This document shows, piece by piece, positions 17,167 to 27,690 of a stretch of 64,000 bases of DNA. The notes under the pieces are model-generated. The model made no database searches. It saw nothing but the letters and a program-made list of their open reading frames with translations, and had not been told where the DNA came from. The position numbers and the translations under genes are program-made. Numbering within the stretch: position 1 is the stretch's first letter; each line of letters opens with the position of its first letter. The DNA is taken from the IMG/VR virus record IMGVR_UViG_2029527006_000005, one strand, 5' to 3'. Source of the DNA: a virus (lineage: Duplodnaviria > Heunggongvirae > Uroviricota > Caudoviricetes).

Positions 17167-19899
17167 TTAATGCCAACGTGTTCCTGTTCCTGAAGGGACT
17201 CCAGAACTCGCAGGGATTGCTGACCCACGTTTGGTAACGCTTGGTCTGTATGTTAGGAAACGTGTAACTTTTTCCGTAGTGATGGTATCAATACTTGTTG
17301 CACCAGTTACTATAGTACCAATGAAGCAATCTGTCAAGGACTCTGTGAGAAGAGTTGTTGATATGACATATGTTGCTTTTTTAGTTACTCGGTCCATCCG
17401 TACATAAAGATAAAACGTTGTATTGGCTGGGTTAGGTTTAATCGTTGTTAGATTATACGATACCGGGGCAATCTTGTCAAATATACCACCTAAGAAAACT
17501 GGAACTTCTTGTGTTATATACACATTAAATCCTTGTGGAACTTCCTGTGCTGCAACTACAATTCTATCCGTTACCGAACCAGTGTTTGCTATCATACCAT
17601 CCATTTGTGCTTCAGATGTTCCATAAAGCCCAAATACGGATTTGGTCGCTGAATCACTCCATGAATGATCATATATACCAAACCCAACTCCCGGTAGTAC
17701 TCCCGGTTCGAACGAACCAGTTTGAACATATGATTGTTGTAATGTTCTACTACTTTGTATTGTACCACTTTTAATTTTACCAATAAAGCAATACCATGTG
17801 GTATTTGCTGGAACGTTAAAACCATGAACACTACTAACACCAATGTAATTAAAACCACTAAATTTAGCAATTGTTAATCCATTAAATCTTCGAGTAACAT
17901 CATTAGAAGTAACATCAGTTACATTACTATAACCATTAGAGACAGAAGTACTAATAACACTACCACCAGTAATTGCATTTGAACTCAAGGTCAAAGCTAC
18001 TTCTGCTGTTATGATAGATCCTACGTTTGTATTACTTCTAGATTTCACAACAGCAATTGAATTACCAAATGATGAATCTGGAACATAAAAAATAGTTATT
18101 AAACTTTTGGTTAAATTTGTTAACCCAGCATTTGATATAATAGAATTTTTTAAATTCTGCATAACGGTGTTTGTCATCGTATAACTATTATCAAAAACTC
18201 CAGTACTAGTATTATACTTCCCTTGTGCTGGCTTTGTATATCCTTCAATGAAAGAAGAAGCATATGCACTAACATCACCATTTGCTTCAATCAATGAAAT
18301 CATAGCAGTGTATTGTTCAGTACTTGCACCCGAACCAATAATAGAACGTGTTTGTGGTTCATAACCAGTAAGAGTTCCATGTAGGATTGAATTATAAGTA
18401 TAGGTTCTTGTACTTCCTAATGTGGTAGTACTGTAAGAACTGTACGATGTTGTATTACCATTTTCTGTACCAGCACATGCAAGTACTAATTTGTTTTTAG
18501 TTAAGAATCTAACACCTAATAAGTTTTCACCAATTCCTGAACCAAATATAGGGTTAATATTTGCTGATTGTCTAGATGCAGTACGGGTAACTAAATTCCA
18601 TGAATTGTATGTATCAGTTTGATTAACACTAGCAGTAGAAAGTCCATATGTCGGACCAGATGACCATCTTGATTTATTACTAACAACGAAACCATCACTA
18701 GTTTGGCAAACACTACCAGTATTACCCAATGACAAACCATAACCTGTAATATTAACGGTATCAATTTGATATGGATCGACACGTGTAAAGTTTGTTCCAC
18801 CAGCATCAGCCGAAATTGAAATCGTATTACCCACTGTTTGATCATATGTTATTGTTTTAGTACTAATATTGTAGACGAAGCTAAACCCACTACCAAGCAT
18901 ATTTGTAACAGAAGTATCTGTTAATGCACGAGTACTGAACCATATTGCAACGCGAACTGAAGTATTATCACTATTTGGAACACAATATAAATTATATCTT
19001 TCCAAATTCTGCCAGTTTTCAACATTATTAATATTATTATTGATTGTATACAACGAAGGATCTGAAGAACTAAAACTACTATACATATCCCATATTCTAA
19101 TATTTGTACTATTAGTGTATGCGGTATTTCTTACTGTTTTACCATTATATCCAGTTACACGTGTCATGGAATTGATATTTCCAGCACGAATACTTGCCAC
19201 CGGAACGGTATATAGCACTAGAGCATATCCATTGTTTGTAACAGTTGTATCTTTACCCCAAATGAATACATTCGAGCCAATAACTGACGCATTTACTGGA
19301 TCAAAGTTTGTAAAAGTACTAACCGGGAATTGTGCCGATTGGTGAGATACAATACTTAAAGTACTATTTGTTAATGCTAATATGTAGGTATCACCAGAAG
19401 TTCCACCTGTTGTTTTGTAAAATAATATATCATATGCATTTGATGCATAGAATTGGCTTATTTCTTGATTAGCTGTGAATATAGAAGGTCGATATTCGGT
19501 ATTTGTGGTAACAACATCACTTTGTTGTAATCCTGAAATAGAACGAATATTTCTAACATAAGTGTAATAATATCCATATGTACTACCATTTGTACCAGAA
19601 CGTAGATATACACATGTACCATCATCTTCAAGGATAATTGGTTGTAAGTATTTTATGTACGAATAGTTAGATGCACCAGTGAAAGAACCACTTACGTTCA
19701 CAGGTAGATAATCCATTGTACCAATACGGGATACTGGAAGCATCCCTAGTATAGTGTCAATTTCATCTTTTCGATAATATGGATAATCAACATTACCGTT
19801 TGCATCAGCACCGATTCCGTTGAATGTGCGAAATGTGTTTCTATCGTTTACTTGTAGGTTTCCTGAAACTTCAAGGTTACCATATATTTTCTTTGACAT
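17167..19899 (-). CDS. tail-associated/tail fibre protein (paralogue A)
   Basis: ~910 aa, S/T/N/G-rich; shares N- and C-terminal modules with the two adjacent genes; start at MSKKIYG. Confidence 0.7.
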   Translation of the reverse strand: MSKKIYGNLEVSGNLQVNDRNTFRTFNGIGADANGNVDYPYYRKDEIDTILGMLPVSRIGTMDYLPVNVSGSFTGASNYSYIKYLQPIILEDDGTCVYLRSGTNGSTYGYYYTYVRNIRSISGLQQSDVVTTNTEYRPSIFTANQEISQFYASNAYDILFYKTTGGTSGDTYILALTNSTLSIVSHQSAQFPVSTFTNFDPVNASVIGSNVFIWGKDTTVTNNGYALVLYTVPVASIRAGNINSMTRVTGYNGKTVRNTAYTNSTNIRIWDMYSSFSSSDPSLYTINNNINNVENWQNLERYNLYCVPNSDNTSVRVAIWFSTRALTDTSVTNMLGSGFSFVYNISTKTITYDQTVGNTISISADAGGTNFTRVDPYQIDTVNITGYGLSLGNTGSVCQTSDGFVVSNKSRWSSGPTYGLSTASVNQTDTYNSWNLVTRTASRQSANINPIFGSGIGENLLGVRFLTKNKLVLACAGTENGNTTSYSSYSTTTLGSTRTYTYNSILHGTLTGYEPQTRSIIGSGASTEQYTAMISLIEANGDVSAYASSFIEGYTKPAQGKYNTSTGVFDNSYTMTNTVMQNLKNSIISNAGLTNLTKSLITIFYVPDSSFGNSIAVVKSRSNTNVGSIITAEVALTLSSNAITGGSVISTSVSNGYSNVTDVTSNDVTRRFNGLTIAKFSGFNYIGVSSVHGFNVPANTTWYCFIGKIKSGTIQSSRTLQQSYVQTGSFEPGVLPGVGFGIYDHSWSDSATKSVFGLYGTSEAQMDGMIANTGSVTDRIVVAAQEVPQGFNVYITQEVPVFLGGIFDKIAPVSYNLTTIKPNPANTTFYLYVRMDRVTKKATYVISTTLLTESLTDCFIGTIVTGATSIDTITTEKVTRFLTYRPSVTKRGSAIPASSGVPSGTGTRWH

Positions 19900-19907
19900 A
19901 ATATTCC

Positions 19908-20498
19908 TTACCAATTAATTGAGCCAGTCTGTGCTGGGTTACCAGTACTAACAGGGAATGCCGCACCGATTTTTGTAGTACTCGGACGATATGTACCAAA
20001 TCTCGAAACTTTTGAAATTGAGTTCGATGTTACCTGAGTAGCATTAGTAGTTATCTTTCCGACAAACATACAAACTTCAGTTTCACTTTGTTCACGAATT
20101 GAGAAATCATATGTCGGTTCACCTTGTTCTAATTTGACGTAAACGCAAAACGTCTGGTTTGTTGCAGGTGTATTATATAGTGCTAAATTATATGATGCTA
20201 TCGGCATATAAGTTAAAGAACCCGCCATAAACATCGGAATAGCTTTATTGAATGTTAAAACTAAACCACTGCTTGTTATATTAAATGATGAACTGTCGTA
20301 TAAATCACCGAACTGACTTAATGGCAGTTCGCGTAAAATATAGTTAGCATCATCTTTTGTTACTAACGGGACCGAAATGGCCCCATTAGTGTTTGCATAG
20401 TAGGTTCCCGTATTTGTAGTAATGGACAACCCTGTATTTTTATTTTGTACAACAATGTTTTTTGCTGCGTTAACATGTGCCTTTATAACAAATGCCAT
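19908..20498 (-). CDS. short tail-associated paralogue (B)
   Basis: LPLSQFG and C-terminal RFGTYRPS..GAAFPVSTGNP..GSINW shared with A and C. Confidence 0.7.
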   Translation of the reverse strand: MAFVIKAHVNAAKNIVVQNKNTGLSITTNTGTYYANTNGAISVPLVTKDDANYILRELPLSQFGDLYDSSSFNITSSGLVLTFNKAIPMFMAGSLTYMPIASYNLALYNTPATNQTFCVYVKLEQGEPTYDFSIREQSETEVCMFVGKITTNATQVTSNSISKVSRFGTYRPSTTKIGAAFPVSTGNPAQTGSINW

Positions 20499-20508
20499 TT
20501 TAGTCTCC

Positions 20509-23190
20509 TTACCAATTTATTGTACCATTTCCAGATGGCATACCATAACTCACAGGGAATGAAGATCCTGCGGCTTCTAACGATTCACCAAATACATCAA
20601 GTCTCGAACGCTTCTTAACATTAATACTAGATATTTGTGTACTATTAGTTTGAATTGTACCAATCCAGAAAACGTTATATGCTGAGGTTCCTGTTTCAGC
20701 AATTACATCTTCGGTTATATGATATTTTGCAATTCCTTGCTCCATTCGTACATATAAATGGAATGTTGTATTTGCTGGATTAGCTTTTACTGTTCTCAAA
20801 TCAATATTCTGTATTGGCATTGTGAATGACTTACCACTTAACATAACTGGTGTTTCTTCAGTGAAGTACACGATAAATCCTTGTGCAACATCTTGTGAAA
20901 CTACAACAATTGGGCTACCTTGAGCAGTCCAGTTTGTGTACTCAGATAATGTAGTACCAGTTTTTGTAAATACAACTTTTGTCGCAGAGTCCACACTTGA
21001 CATATATCCAAAACCAATCCCCGGTAATGCCGCTGGCATTAAACCCATTACGTTTGATGTATAAGAACCATTTGTGTTGAAATTAGTAAACTGTTGAGTA
21101 GTTTTATCGACTGTTGCTCTCCATGCAAAACTAATATCATTGCCTACTGTAACACGAATTAATGGATCAGAACCACCAATAAAATAGAATGTTCCTGCAT
21201 CATAAATTGTAATACCTGCACTTACTGATCTAGTACTCGCAGTGTTTGTTTGTGACAAATCAGTTTGCAATACACCTTCTTGTACTAAACGTTTAAAAGA
21301 TATTGATGTAATGGAAGTTCTGGAATTCACGTTAACTTCGACAACTCGGTAATAATAATCACGTGTTGTTGTACCAGCAGACAAATATAAAAATGCAGGA
21401 ATGTTAGTCTGTTGTGGAACATACAATACCGCATTTTTTGATGATGTTGTTGATAGTGCCGTTGTTACTTTTGCAAATTCAGAATTTTTAATATTATTAA
21501 ATGCTGTTGCATCAACTGAAATTGAACCAGTACTGTTCATTGAACTATCATAAGTTAATGGAGTGGTTTCTCTTACACCTTGTATAAAAATACCACCATT
21601 AGTAGTAACAGTACTACCGCTAATTGAACTAATTAAAATCATTTTGTTGGCATTGTAATTATAACTATTTCTATTCACAGTAGGTTCATAACCTTGTAGT
21701 GTACCATATGTTGTGGATTTAAATGTAAAATTAGGTGTAGCTTTATGTTCAGCAGTTGAAAATACAGAAGAACCATTCCCACTAATTGACATTTGTTTTG
21801 TAGTATTGTTTGGAAGTAATTCTACTCCAGTTGTATTTTGACCAATAGGTGAACCATAGGATTCATTCATCTGGCCTATTCTGAAATTAATATTTGGATT
21901 TGCTTTCCAGTTCAACATATTGTATGGTGTTACTTCAGTACTATAACCAGCTACTTGAACATACGGAGGTCTACCTAAGTTTGGAGTACTAACACATATT
22001 ACTTGATTTAATGAAGTGTACTCATATGTATTTCCTAAGTTAGCACCACCGTTATGATAGTAAATATCAGTATTTTTGACAACATTCCCACTTGCAACTA
22101 ACGCACTTCCTGTATTGGTTATTGTTAGAGATGCCCCTGTTACATAACCTGAATCAATAGCTACCGCTTTTGTAGTTGGGTTAATTACAAAACTCAATCC
22201 GTGCTGAGGACGAACATTATAACTTGATGTAGAAGCCCAAGCGTCACCATTTAAGCGAATACGTATGTTTCCTGATGCTTTATCCTGAATTCCATAAACG
22301 TCATATGCAACCATGAATGGTACGTTAGCATTTAGACCCGCTGGAACCAACATGTATGGTTGATTAGCCGCATCTGAATCGACTAGTTTATCACAAAGTC
22401 TGATTGTACTCGCCCCCGCTGTATTGGTATATAGTAAGTTACCATTCCATCCTGTTAATTGTGCTGAAGTAAAAGTACCTGCACTTTCATTGAATAAAAT
22501 TCTAACTATACCGAAATTCACATTAGGGGTAGTATTCAATTCTACATAGTAAATGTAGCCATCTTCGCCTAAAAATACGTTTTCGAGAGTCCCGCCATTT
22601 GGACACACTGTGGTAGCTGGTACGATAAAACCATTATGTTGTGTATCATCTAATGTTCCTTTAGTTAATGATGTGAAAAATGTACCATCATTATTTCCAG
22701 TATCTCCGGTTTGCATGGAACCGCATACAATACCACGGTTTGAACTAATAATAGACAACGCATACTTACCTGATGGGAAATATCCCGGATGATAAACTTT
22801 ATTTGTGTTTATAGAAGAAGTCAAATTTGTTGTGTTTAATACATTTGGTAGATACGAATAATAAACACCAACTGTACCACCATTCGTACCGGGACGAAGT
22901 GCTACCATAGTACCGTCATCTTCTAATAGAATCTTTATTCTACGATAGCTAGCGTTTTCAGATGCACCAACGAAGTCACCTGAAACACCAGCAGGTAGGT
23001 AGTTGTGTGTACCATAGTGTGATAATGGAAGAGTACTTATAATATCTTCTAACTCTGCACGAGTATAACCATCAAGTACCATATTACCATTGGCATCAAA
23101 CAATGTACCGTCTATACTTTGTACTGTTCTTAGGCCAGAAGCGAACGCTTGGTGTGTAACGTTATAGCCTCCATAAATTCTTTTTGTCAT
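20509..23190 (-). CDS. tail-associated/tail fibre protein (paralogue C)
   Basis: 893 aa; LPLSHYG..YLP..VSG.F.GAS, LEDDGT..LR.GTNG shared with A; TAAATA upstream. Confidence 0.7.
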   Translation of the reverse strand: MTKRIYGGYNVTHQAFASGLRTVQSIDGTLFDANGNMVLDGYTRAELEDIISTLPLSHYGTHNYLPAGVSGDFVGASENASYRRIKILLEDDGTMVALRPGTNGGTVGVYYSYLPNVLNTTNLTSSINTNKVYHPGYFPSGKYALSIISSNRGIVCGSMQTGDTGNNDGTFFTSLTKGTLDDTQHNGFIVPATTVCPNGGTLENVFLGEDGYIYYVELNTTPNVNFGIVRILFNESAGTFTSAQLTGWNGNLLYTNTAGASTIRLCDKLVDSDAANQPYMLVPAGLNANVPFMVAYDVYGIQDKASGNIRIRLNGDAWASTSSYNVRPQHGLSFVINPTTKAVAIDSGYVTGASLTITNTGSALVASGNVVKNTDIYYHNGGANLGNTYEYTSLNQVICVSTPNLGRPPYVQVAGYSTEVTPYNMLNWKANPNINFRIGQMNESYGSPIGQNTTGVELLPNNTTKQMSISGNGSSVFSTAEHKATPNFTFKSTTYGTLQGYEPTVNRNSYNYNANKMILISSISGSTVTTNGGIFIQGVRETTPLTYDSSMNSTGSISVDATAFNNIKNSEFAKVTTALSTTSSKNAVLYVPQQTNIPAFLYLSAGTTTRDYYYRVVEVNVNSRTSITSISFKRLVQEGVLQTDLSQTNTASTRSVSAGITIYDAGTFYFIGGSDPLIRVTVGNDISFAWRATVDKTTQQFTNFNTNGSYTSNVMGLMPAALPGIGFGYMSSVDSATKVVFTKTGTTLSEYTNWTAQGSPIVVVSQDVAQGFIVYFTEETPVMLSGKSFTMPIQNIDLRTVKANPANTTFHLYVRMEQGIAKYHITEDVIAETGTSAYNVFWIGTIQTNSTQISSINVKKRSRLDVFGESLEAAGSSFPVSYGMPSGNGTINW

Positions 23191-23238
23191 TTTATATCCC
23201 TTTAGTTAGATATCCATTATTATATTTATGTACAAAAC

Positions 23239-23263
23239 AAAAAAGCACCCATAGGGTGCTTTT
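23239..23263 (-). terminator. intrinsic terminator
   Basis: AAAAGCACCC-ATA-GGGTGCTTTT. Confidence 0.75.
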
Positions 23264-23264
23264 G

Positions 23265-23735
23265 TTAGAAATCTGTACCTTTTCTTAGTACTCTTTGGTT
23301 ATTTGAACCTCTGAAGGGTAAATTCAAATTCTTTTCCTCTTGAATGAATTTTCCATCAATCAGTACATCAATGTACTTTAAAAGTGGTAGTGCATGGTTG
23401 TTCTGAACTTCCTCTAATGTATATCCGGTCCAGCACCAAATGTCTTTATCTGGGAATATTGTCTTTGCTTTAGCACAAAGTTGAAGTACTGTATCAATAT
23501 TCTTTTTCATTAGTGGATCACCACCAAGTAAGGACAATCCTGAAACGTAAGACTTACTTAGTTCAATTAGAATCTGGTCTTCAGTACTGGCAGTATATTC
23601 AGAACCACTCCTGTAATCCCATGCTTTTTCATTGAAACAGCCCGGACAACCATGACTGCATCCTGAAACGAAGAGAGAGCATCGAATGCCCTCTCCATTA
23701 ACTAAATCATCTTTAATGATAGTTTCGTAATTCAT
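23265..23735 (-). CDS. nrdG: anaerobic ribonucleotide reductase activase
   Basis: VNGEGIRCSLFVSGCSHGCPGCFN radical-SAM motif, LLGGDP, RGSNNQ. Confidence 0.95.
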   Translation of the reverse strand: MNYETIIKDDLVNGEGIRCSLFVSGCSHGCPGCFNEKAWDYRSGSEYTASTEDQILIELSKSYVSGLSLLGGDPLMKKNIDTVLQLCAKAKTIFPDKDIWCWTGYTLEEVQNNHALPLLKYIDVLIDGKFIQEEKNLNLPFRGSNNQRVLRKGTDF

Positions 23736-23742
23736 TTATACC

Positions 23743-25551
23743 TCAATTAGTATGTTTTGTACGTTCAGTACATTCTTGTTGTTTACCTTTATTAAAGCCT
23801 CTTGATGATGGATTTCCCAAATACCCTGATACTCTACGGATAACTGACATTGTTTTGTCATTTCTGTTATTACAACTTGGACAATGGAATCCATCACGAT
23901 CAACAGCAAACTCACCCTCAAAGGAACATGCATAGCACTTGTCAACTGGTTGGTTAATACCAAAGTACGGCACTCTGAAATAAGCATAGTCAACCAACGC
24001 TTCTAGTGCTTTTAGGTTGTTTTTAAGGTTAGGTGTCTCAACGTAACTAATGTTACCTCCGTTGCTCAAGTAAGCAAAATCTTCTTCGTAGTTCCACTTC
24101 TCGAATGGTGTACTCTCAACCCATACTGGTTGGTGGAATGAGTTGGTAATGTAGTCGCGTTTGAGTACTGAAGGGAATTTACCCTCAATTGCACGTGCAA
24201 ACTTGTAACAAAGGCTCTCTGCTGGTGTACCGTAAAGACTGAAAGCTAAACGGCTTTGTGTTGAGAAGTCTTTACATTTTGTCTTCATGTAACTTAGAAT
24301 AGAAGTACAGAAGGTTTTGTCAATGTTTCCTTTAAGAATCTCACTGCACTCTGCTAAACCGACATACCCAATGCTAATACTAGCATATCCATCATAGAAT
24401 AGCTGTTCGATTGTATCCTCTGGATCTAACCTTGCAAGTACTCCTTCGGTGAATAGGATTGGGTTTTGTTTTGCTTTCATACTCTTTAAACGCTCTACAC
24501 GGTTCATCTGAGCACGATACGCCATTTGCATATGTTGGTCTATCTTAGTATAGAAATCGCCGTCAGAGGCCGATTCAAGGGCTAATAATGGAAGATTAAT
24601 GCTTACAACGCCAAGGTTGAAACGTCCATTGTATTGTTCAACTTCTTCTTTGTTTTCCCAACGACTAAGGAAGGAACGACAGCCCATAGGTGTAACTGCT
24701 TCTGAAGTACTACCAGTTACTTTACGGTTCAAAGGTACGGAAACGAAGTCTGGGTAGATGCGTTTAGCTGCACATTGAAGGGCTTTCTGTTTTAAATCAT
24801 AATTCACATCAGTACTGTTCATGTTCGTTCCTTGCTCTAGGAAGAACACAACTTTAGGAAACACTGGTGTGCTTCCATCAATCCCTAAACCATTTTCGTG
24901 CACATCAAGATATGCCTCGGTAATCATTCTACCGAACTTTGTAGTACTCAAACCTAGGCTTAATGTAACAAATGGTGTTTGACCGTTGCTTGATGTTATT
25001 GTGTTCACTTGATATAGAAGTGCTTGCATTGCATCATAGACTTCTTTACGTAATGAGTACTCAACGTATTCATCGCTGAGGTTAAATTCTTTTTGTAGTT
25101 TTAGTAGTTTTTGATACGATTTCTCTACATATGGCTCTAAACCGCGATCAATGTGCGGTAGAGACTGTCCACCGTATTGACTAGCTGAAACAGCTAAAAC
25201 GATTTGTGTTAGTACTGTACTTGCTACACCAATACTATTTGGCGAACCTACTTGTGCGTTTCCTATTTTGAAACCACGTTTAAGCATGTCCTCATAATTA
25301 ACTAAACAACAGTTAGTAAGAGGGCTAATGTAGTAATCTAAGTCATGAATGTGACCATATCCATCTTTATGCCATTGCATTAAATCATCAGCAACAACAT
25401 CCTCCGCGTAGTGTTTGGAAAGGATACCTGCAAGTAAATCACGATGCGTGTTAACTATCTTGGCATCTTTATTTGCATTCTCATTTAGTAGATCTTGATT
25501 ACTTTGGTTCAAGAAATTGGTTACATCATTGTATAAATTATCATTTTTCAT
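23743..25551 (-). CDS. nrdD: anaerobic ribonucleoside-triphosphate reductase (no ATP-cone)
   Basis: ENANKD, HIHDLD, TNCC, MGCRS, TPAESL, CxxC pairs, glycyl-radical loop RVSGY. Confidence 0.95.
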   Translation of the reverse strand: MKNDNLYNDVTNFLNQSNQDLLNENANKDAKIVNTHRDLLAGILSKHYAEDVVADDLMQWHKDGYGHIHDLDYYISPLTNCCLVNYEDMLKRGFKIGNAQVGSPNSIGVASTVLTQIVLAVSASQYGGQSLPHIDRGLEPYVEKSYQKLLKLQKEFNLSDEYVEYSLRKEVYDAMQALLYQVNTITSSNGQTPFVTLSLGLSTTKFGRMITEAYLDVHENGLGIDGSTPVFPKVVFFLEQGTNMNSTDVNYDLKQKALQCAAKRIYPDFVSVPLNRKVTGSTSEAVTPMGCRSFLSRWENKEEVEQYNGRFNLGVVSINLPLLALESASDGDFYTKIDQHMQMAYRAQMNRVERLKSMKAKQNPILFTEGVLARLDPEDTIEQLFYDGYASISIGYVGLAECSEILKGNIDKTFCTSILSYMKTKCKDFSTQSRLAFSLYGTPAESLCYKFARAIEGKFPSVLKRDYITNSFHQPVWVESTPFEKWNYEEDFAYLSNGGNISYVETPNLKNNLKALEALVDYAYFRVPYFGINQPVDKCYACSFEGEFAVDRDGFHCPSCNNRNDKTMSVIRRVSGYLGNPSSRGFNKGKQQECTERTKHTN

Positions 25552-25600
25552 TTAGACTCTCCGTGTCATATGGGTGAAATTATTTAGATAGTACCATTTT

Positions 25601-25629
25601 ATTATATCACATATAACCCGGTATGTCCC
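25601..25629 (-). promoter_or_regulatory. promoter GGGACA-N12-TGTGA-TATAAT upstream of nrdD (plus TAAATA at 25581-25586)
   Basis: Motif repeated four times. Confidence 0.75.
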
Positions 25630-25677
25630 TTGATCTGGATCAAGGAAATGGCACATTGATGCTTAAGTGAACAAACG

Positions 25678-25702
25678 AAAAAAAGCACCCTAGGGTGCTT
25701 TT
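25678..25702 (-). terminator. intrinsic terminator
   Basis: AAAAGCACCC-TA-GGGTGCTTTT, near-identical to the one at 23239. Confidence 0.7.
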
Positions 25703-25703
25703 A

Positions 25704-26147
25704 TTACCACATTTGACAGTGTGGATGGTCATAAATTTCATCAAAGAAGTCAATAGTGTTGAGGAATTCCAATGCTGATTCTTTACTTTCGAACCGCATA
25801 AATTGATCACCATCATCACAACCTATGAACCATACACAGTACTTATGAGTACTAAAACGTTCTAGGAACTCATCTCGGTAGTATTCATGTTGAAGTGCTT
25901 GTTCTTCCCGCATACCTTTGTAAGTTGGTTTTTCATACCAACATTCCAAATCGGTCATTACCGTTTCATTGTACTCACCAAACACTGGTGATACACGTTC
26001 ACAAACTGGATTTAGAGCACTGTTAGCAACAGTATAATATCCGTGTTGGTCTGGGTCATCAACTAAAAGATATCCTAAAAAGTCTCTAGTACCCATCTTT
26101 TTATAGTATGGCTCAACCTGAATACTATTACTTTCTTGTAATAACAT
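25704..26147 (-). CDS. hypothetical protein
   Basis: Coupled ORF. Confidence 0.6.
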   Translation of the reverse strand: MLLQESNSIQVEPYYKKMGTRDFLGYLLVDDPDQHGYYTVANSALNPVCERVSPVFGEYNETVMTDLECWYEKPTYKGMREEQALQHEYYRDEFLERFSTHKYCVWFIGCDDGDQFMRFESKESALEFLNTIDFFDEIYDHPHCQMW

Positions 26148-26329
26148 TACTCGTCCTCAAATGGTGACCATTGGATAGTTACAATGAACTGACCTTCTTG
26201 GATACCATTTTCATCTTGTGGGATGTCAGCAACGAACTCATTGAAGCGTGAATCAAATGCTTCCACTACGTCACGTTGTACATCGTAGATGCTCTCACCA
26301 TCGTATTCTTTACTAAAGATTGTCTTCAT
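26147..26329 (-). CDS. small acidic hypothetical protein
   Basis: Coupled ORF with GAGG RBS. Confidence 0.6.
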   Translation of the reverse strand: MKTIFSKEYDGESIYDVQRDVVEAFDSRFNEFVADIPQDENGIQEGQFIVTIQWSPFEDE

Positions 26330-26883
26330 TTACGCACCTCGAATTTAAACATACTACCAAGGATTTCTAGAATCTTCTCTGGCATTTCTTCATGAGTGAA
26401 ACGAGTCATATCAAAGTAGTCAACATCTAGTTCGTGTAGCTTGTTCATAAAGATACGATCAAGATGTTTGGCTTCTTCTAGTGATTGAGTACGACCATAT
26501 TGGTCATATTGTGGTTTACGTGGTAGCAAGAACACTAGATTATCATCGTATTCATTGAAAAGATCAATTGATAGTTGAGTACTAAGATTCTTTGAATCCT
26601 TATAGAATTCATTATATACAACACCATTGAGTAATGAAGCATCACTAATAATGAAATCTACTTTACCTTGTAGGCGACGTAGACGGTGGTTCTGTTGTGC
26701 AGTAATTAGGATCTGATCGTGCATTGCACCTTTGTTTTCATCATACACATAGTCCTTAATGACTTCTGTAACGATTTCAACTTTCTGGTCAGATTTTAGT
26801 TTCATAGCTGCGAATAGTCCAGCGGCTGTAGTACTTTTACCACAGCATGGTCCACCTACTAGGTTAACAATTTTGGTTATCAT
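26326..26883 (-). CDS. P-loop kinase/ATPase (NadR-like AAA_28)
   Basis: NLVGGPCCGKST, IISDA, GRTQSLEEA. Confidence 0.75.
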   Translation of the reverse strand: MITKIVNLVGGPCCGKSTTAAGLFAAMKLKSDQKVEIVTEVIKDYVYDENKGAMHDQILITAQQNHRLRRLQGKVDFIISDASLLNGVVYNEFYKDSKNLSTQLSIDLFNEYDDNLVFLLPRKPQYDQYGRTQSLEEAKHLDRIFMNKLHELDVDYFDMTRFTHEEMPEKILEILGSMFKFEVRK

Positions 26884-27244
26884 CGATTAGGTTCTCCAAT
26901 ACTTTGTTTATTTTTGTTTGGTATACGGCAGCAATTTTCTGAACTTCTTGGTTGTACCATGACCGTGCTTCTTCTTCTGTATCGAAGACCCATACATATT
27001 CTACTGCACTAATAATTTTACCTTTCGAACTTTTAGCAACTAAGTACTGTAGATTCTTATCATTGTAGTACATTCCAGTACGGTAAGGTTTAGCTGGATC
27101 ATTGCGTTCTAAAGTGACTAAAGTTGGCTTTACATTACAAGCAGGAACAGAACGTAGTTTAGGATTGGCATAACCACTAATATAGAATGATTTGCCTAGT
27201 CCAATTTTTACTTGTACAAAATCACGAAGACATGCATATTGCAT
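26864..27244 (-). CDS. hypothetical protein, paralogue of 27247-27690
   Basis: NVKPT..VFDTEEEA..YNQEV. Confidence 0.6.
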   Translation of the reverse strand: MQYACLRDFVQVKIGLGKSFYISGYANPKLRSVPACNVKPTLVTLERNDPAKPYRTGMYYNDKNLQYLVAKSSKGKIISAVEYVWVFDTEEEARSWYNQEVQKIAAVYQTKINKVLENLIDDNQNC

Positions 27245-27246
27245 AA

Positions 27247-27690
27247 TTATTCCTTTGGTTTAATGGTTAGTTCGCGAATCTCTTCCATTTCATTTGATAG
27301 CCTACGCATAACGAATTGAAGTTCATATTCGTACTTCTTAAGTACTTCTAAGACTTGTTCATTGTACATGTCAATACACTCTTGTTCATTATCAAATACG
27401 CATAAACCAATACCAGCATATGAGCGGTATCCGGTATTATCAAAAGGTGGAATGAGTTGCTTGAGGTTAGGGGAACCATCTTTTTTGAGTTTAGCTAGAC
27501 CTACGTGACTGTAGTAAATTTTTGGTTCTAGATCCGCATCACAAAAATCTTTAGAACCAGCAACATACACTTCAGTTGGCTTGACGTGTCGAATAGCTTT
27601 CTTATCTAACTCTTTGCGGTAGTCACAAACCCATAGCTTCTGACCAACGTATTTTTCACTATCAGTTAAATCTGTAATATCAATTTGCAT
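27247..27690 (-). CDS. hypothetical protein, paralogue of 26864-27244
   Basis: HVKPT..VFDNEQEC..YNEQV. Confidence 0.6.
   Translation of the reverse strand: MQIDITDLTDSEKYVGQKLWVCDYRKELDKKAIRHVKPTEVYVAGSKDFCDADLEPKIYYSHVGLAKLKKDGSPNLKQLIPPFDNTGYRSYAGIGLCVFDNEQECIDMYNEQVLEVLKKYEYELQFVMRRLSNEMEEIRELTIKPKE

Noticed and set aside
23743-25551. Intron or intein in nrdD or DNA ligase
   Set aside because: Both ORFs are continuous and of normal length with no intein motifs
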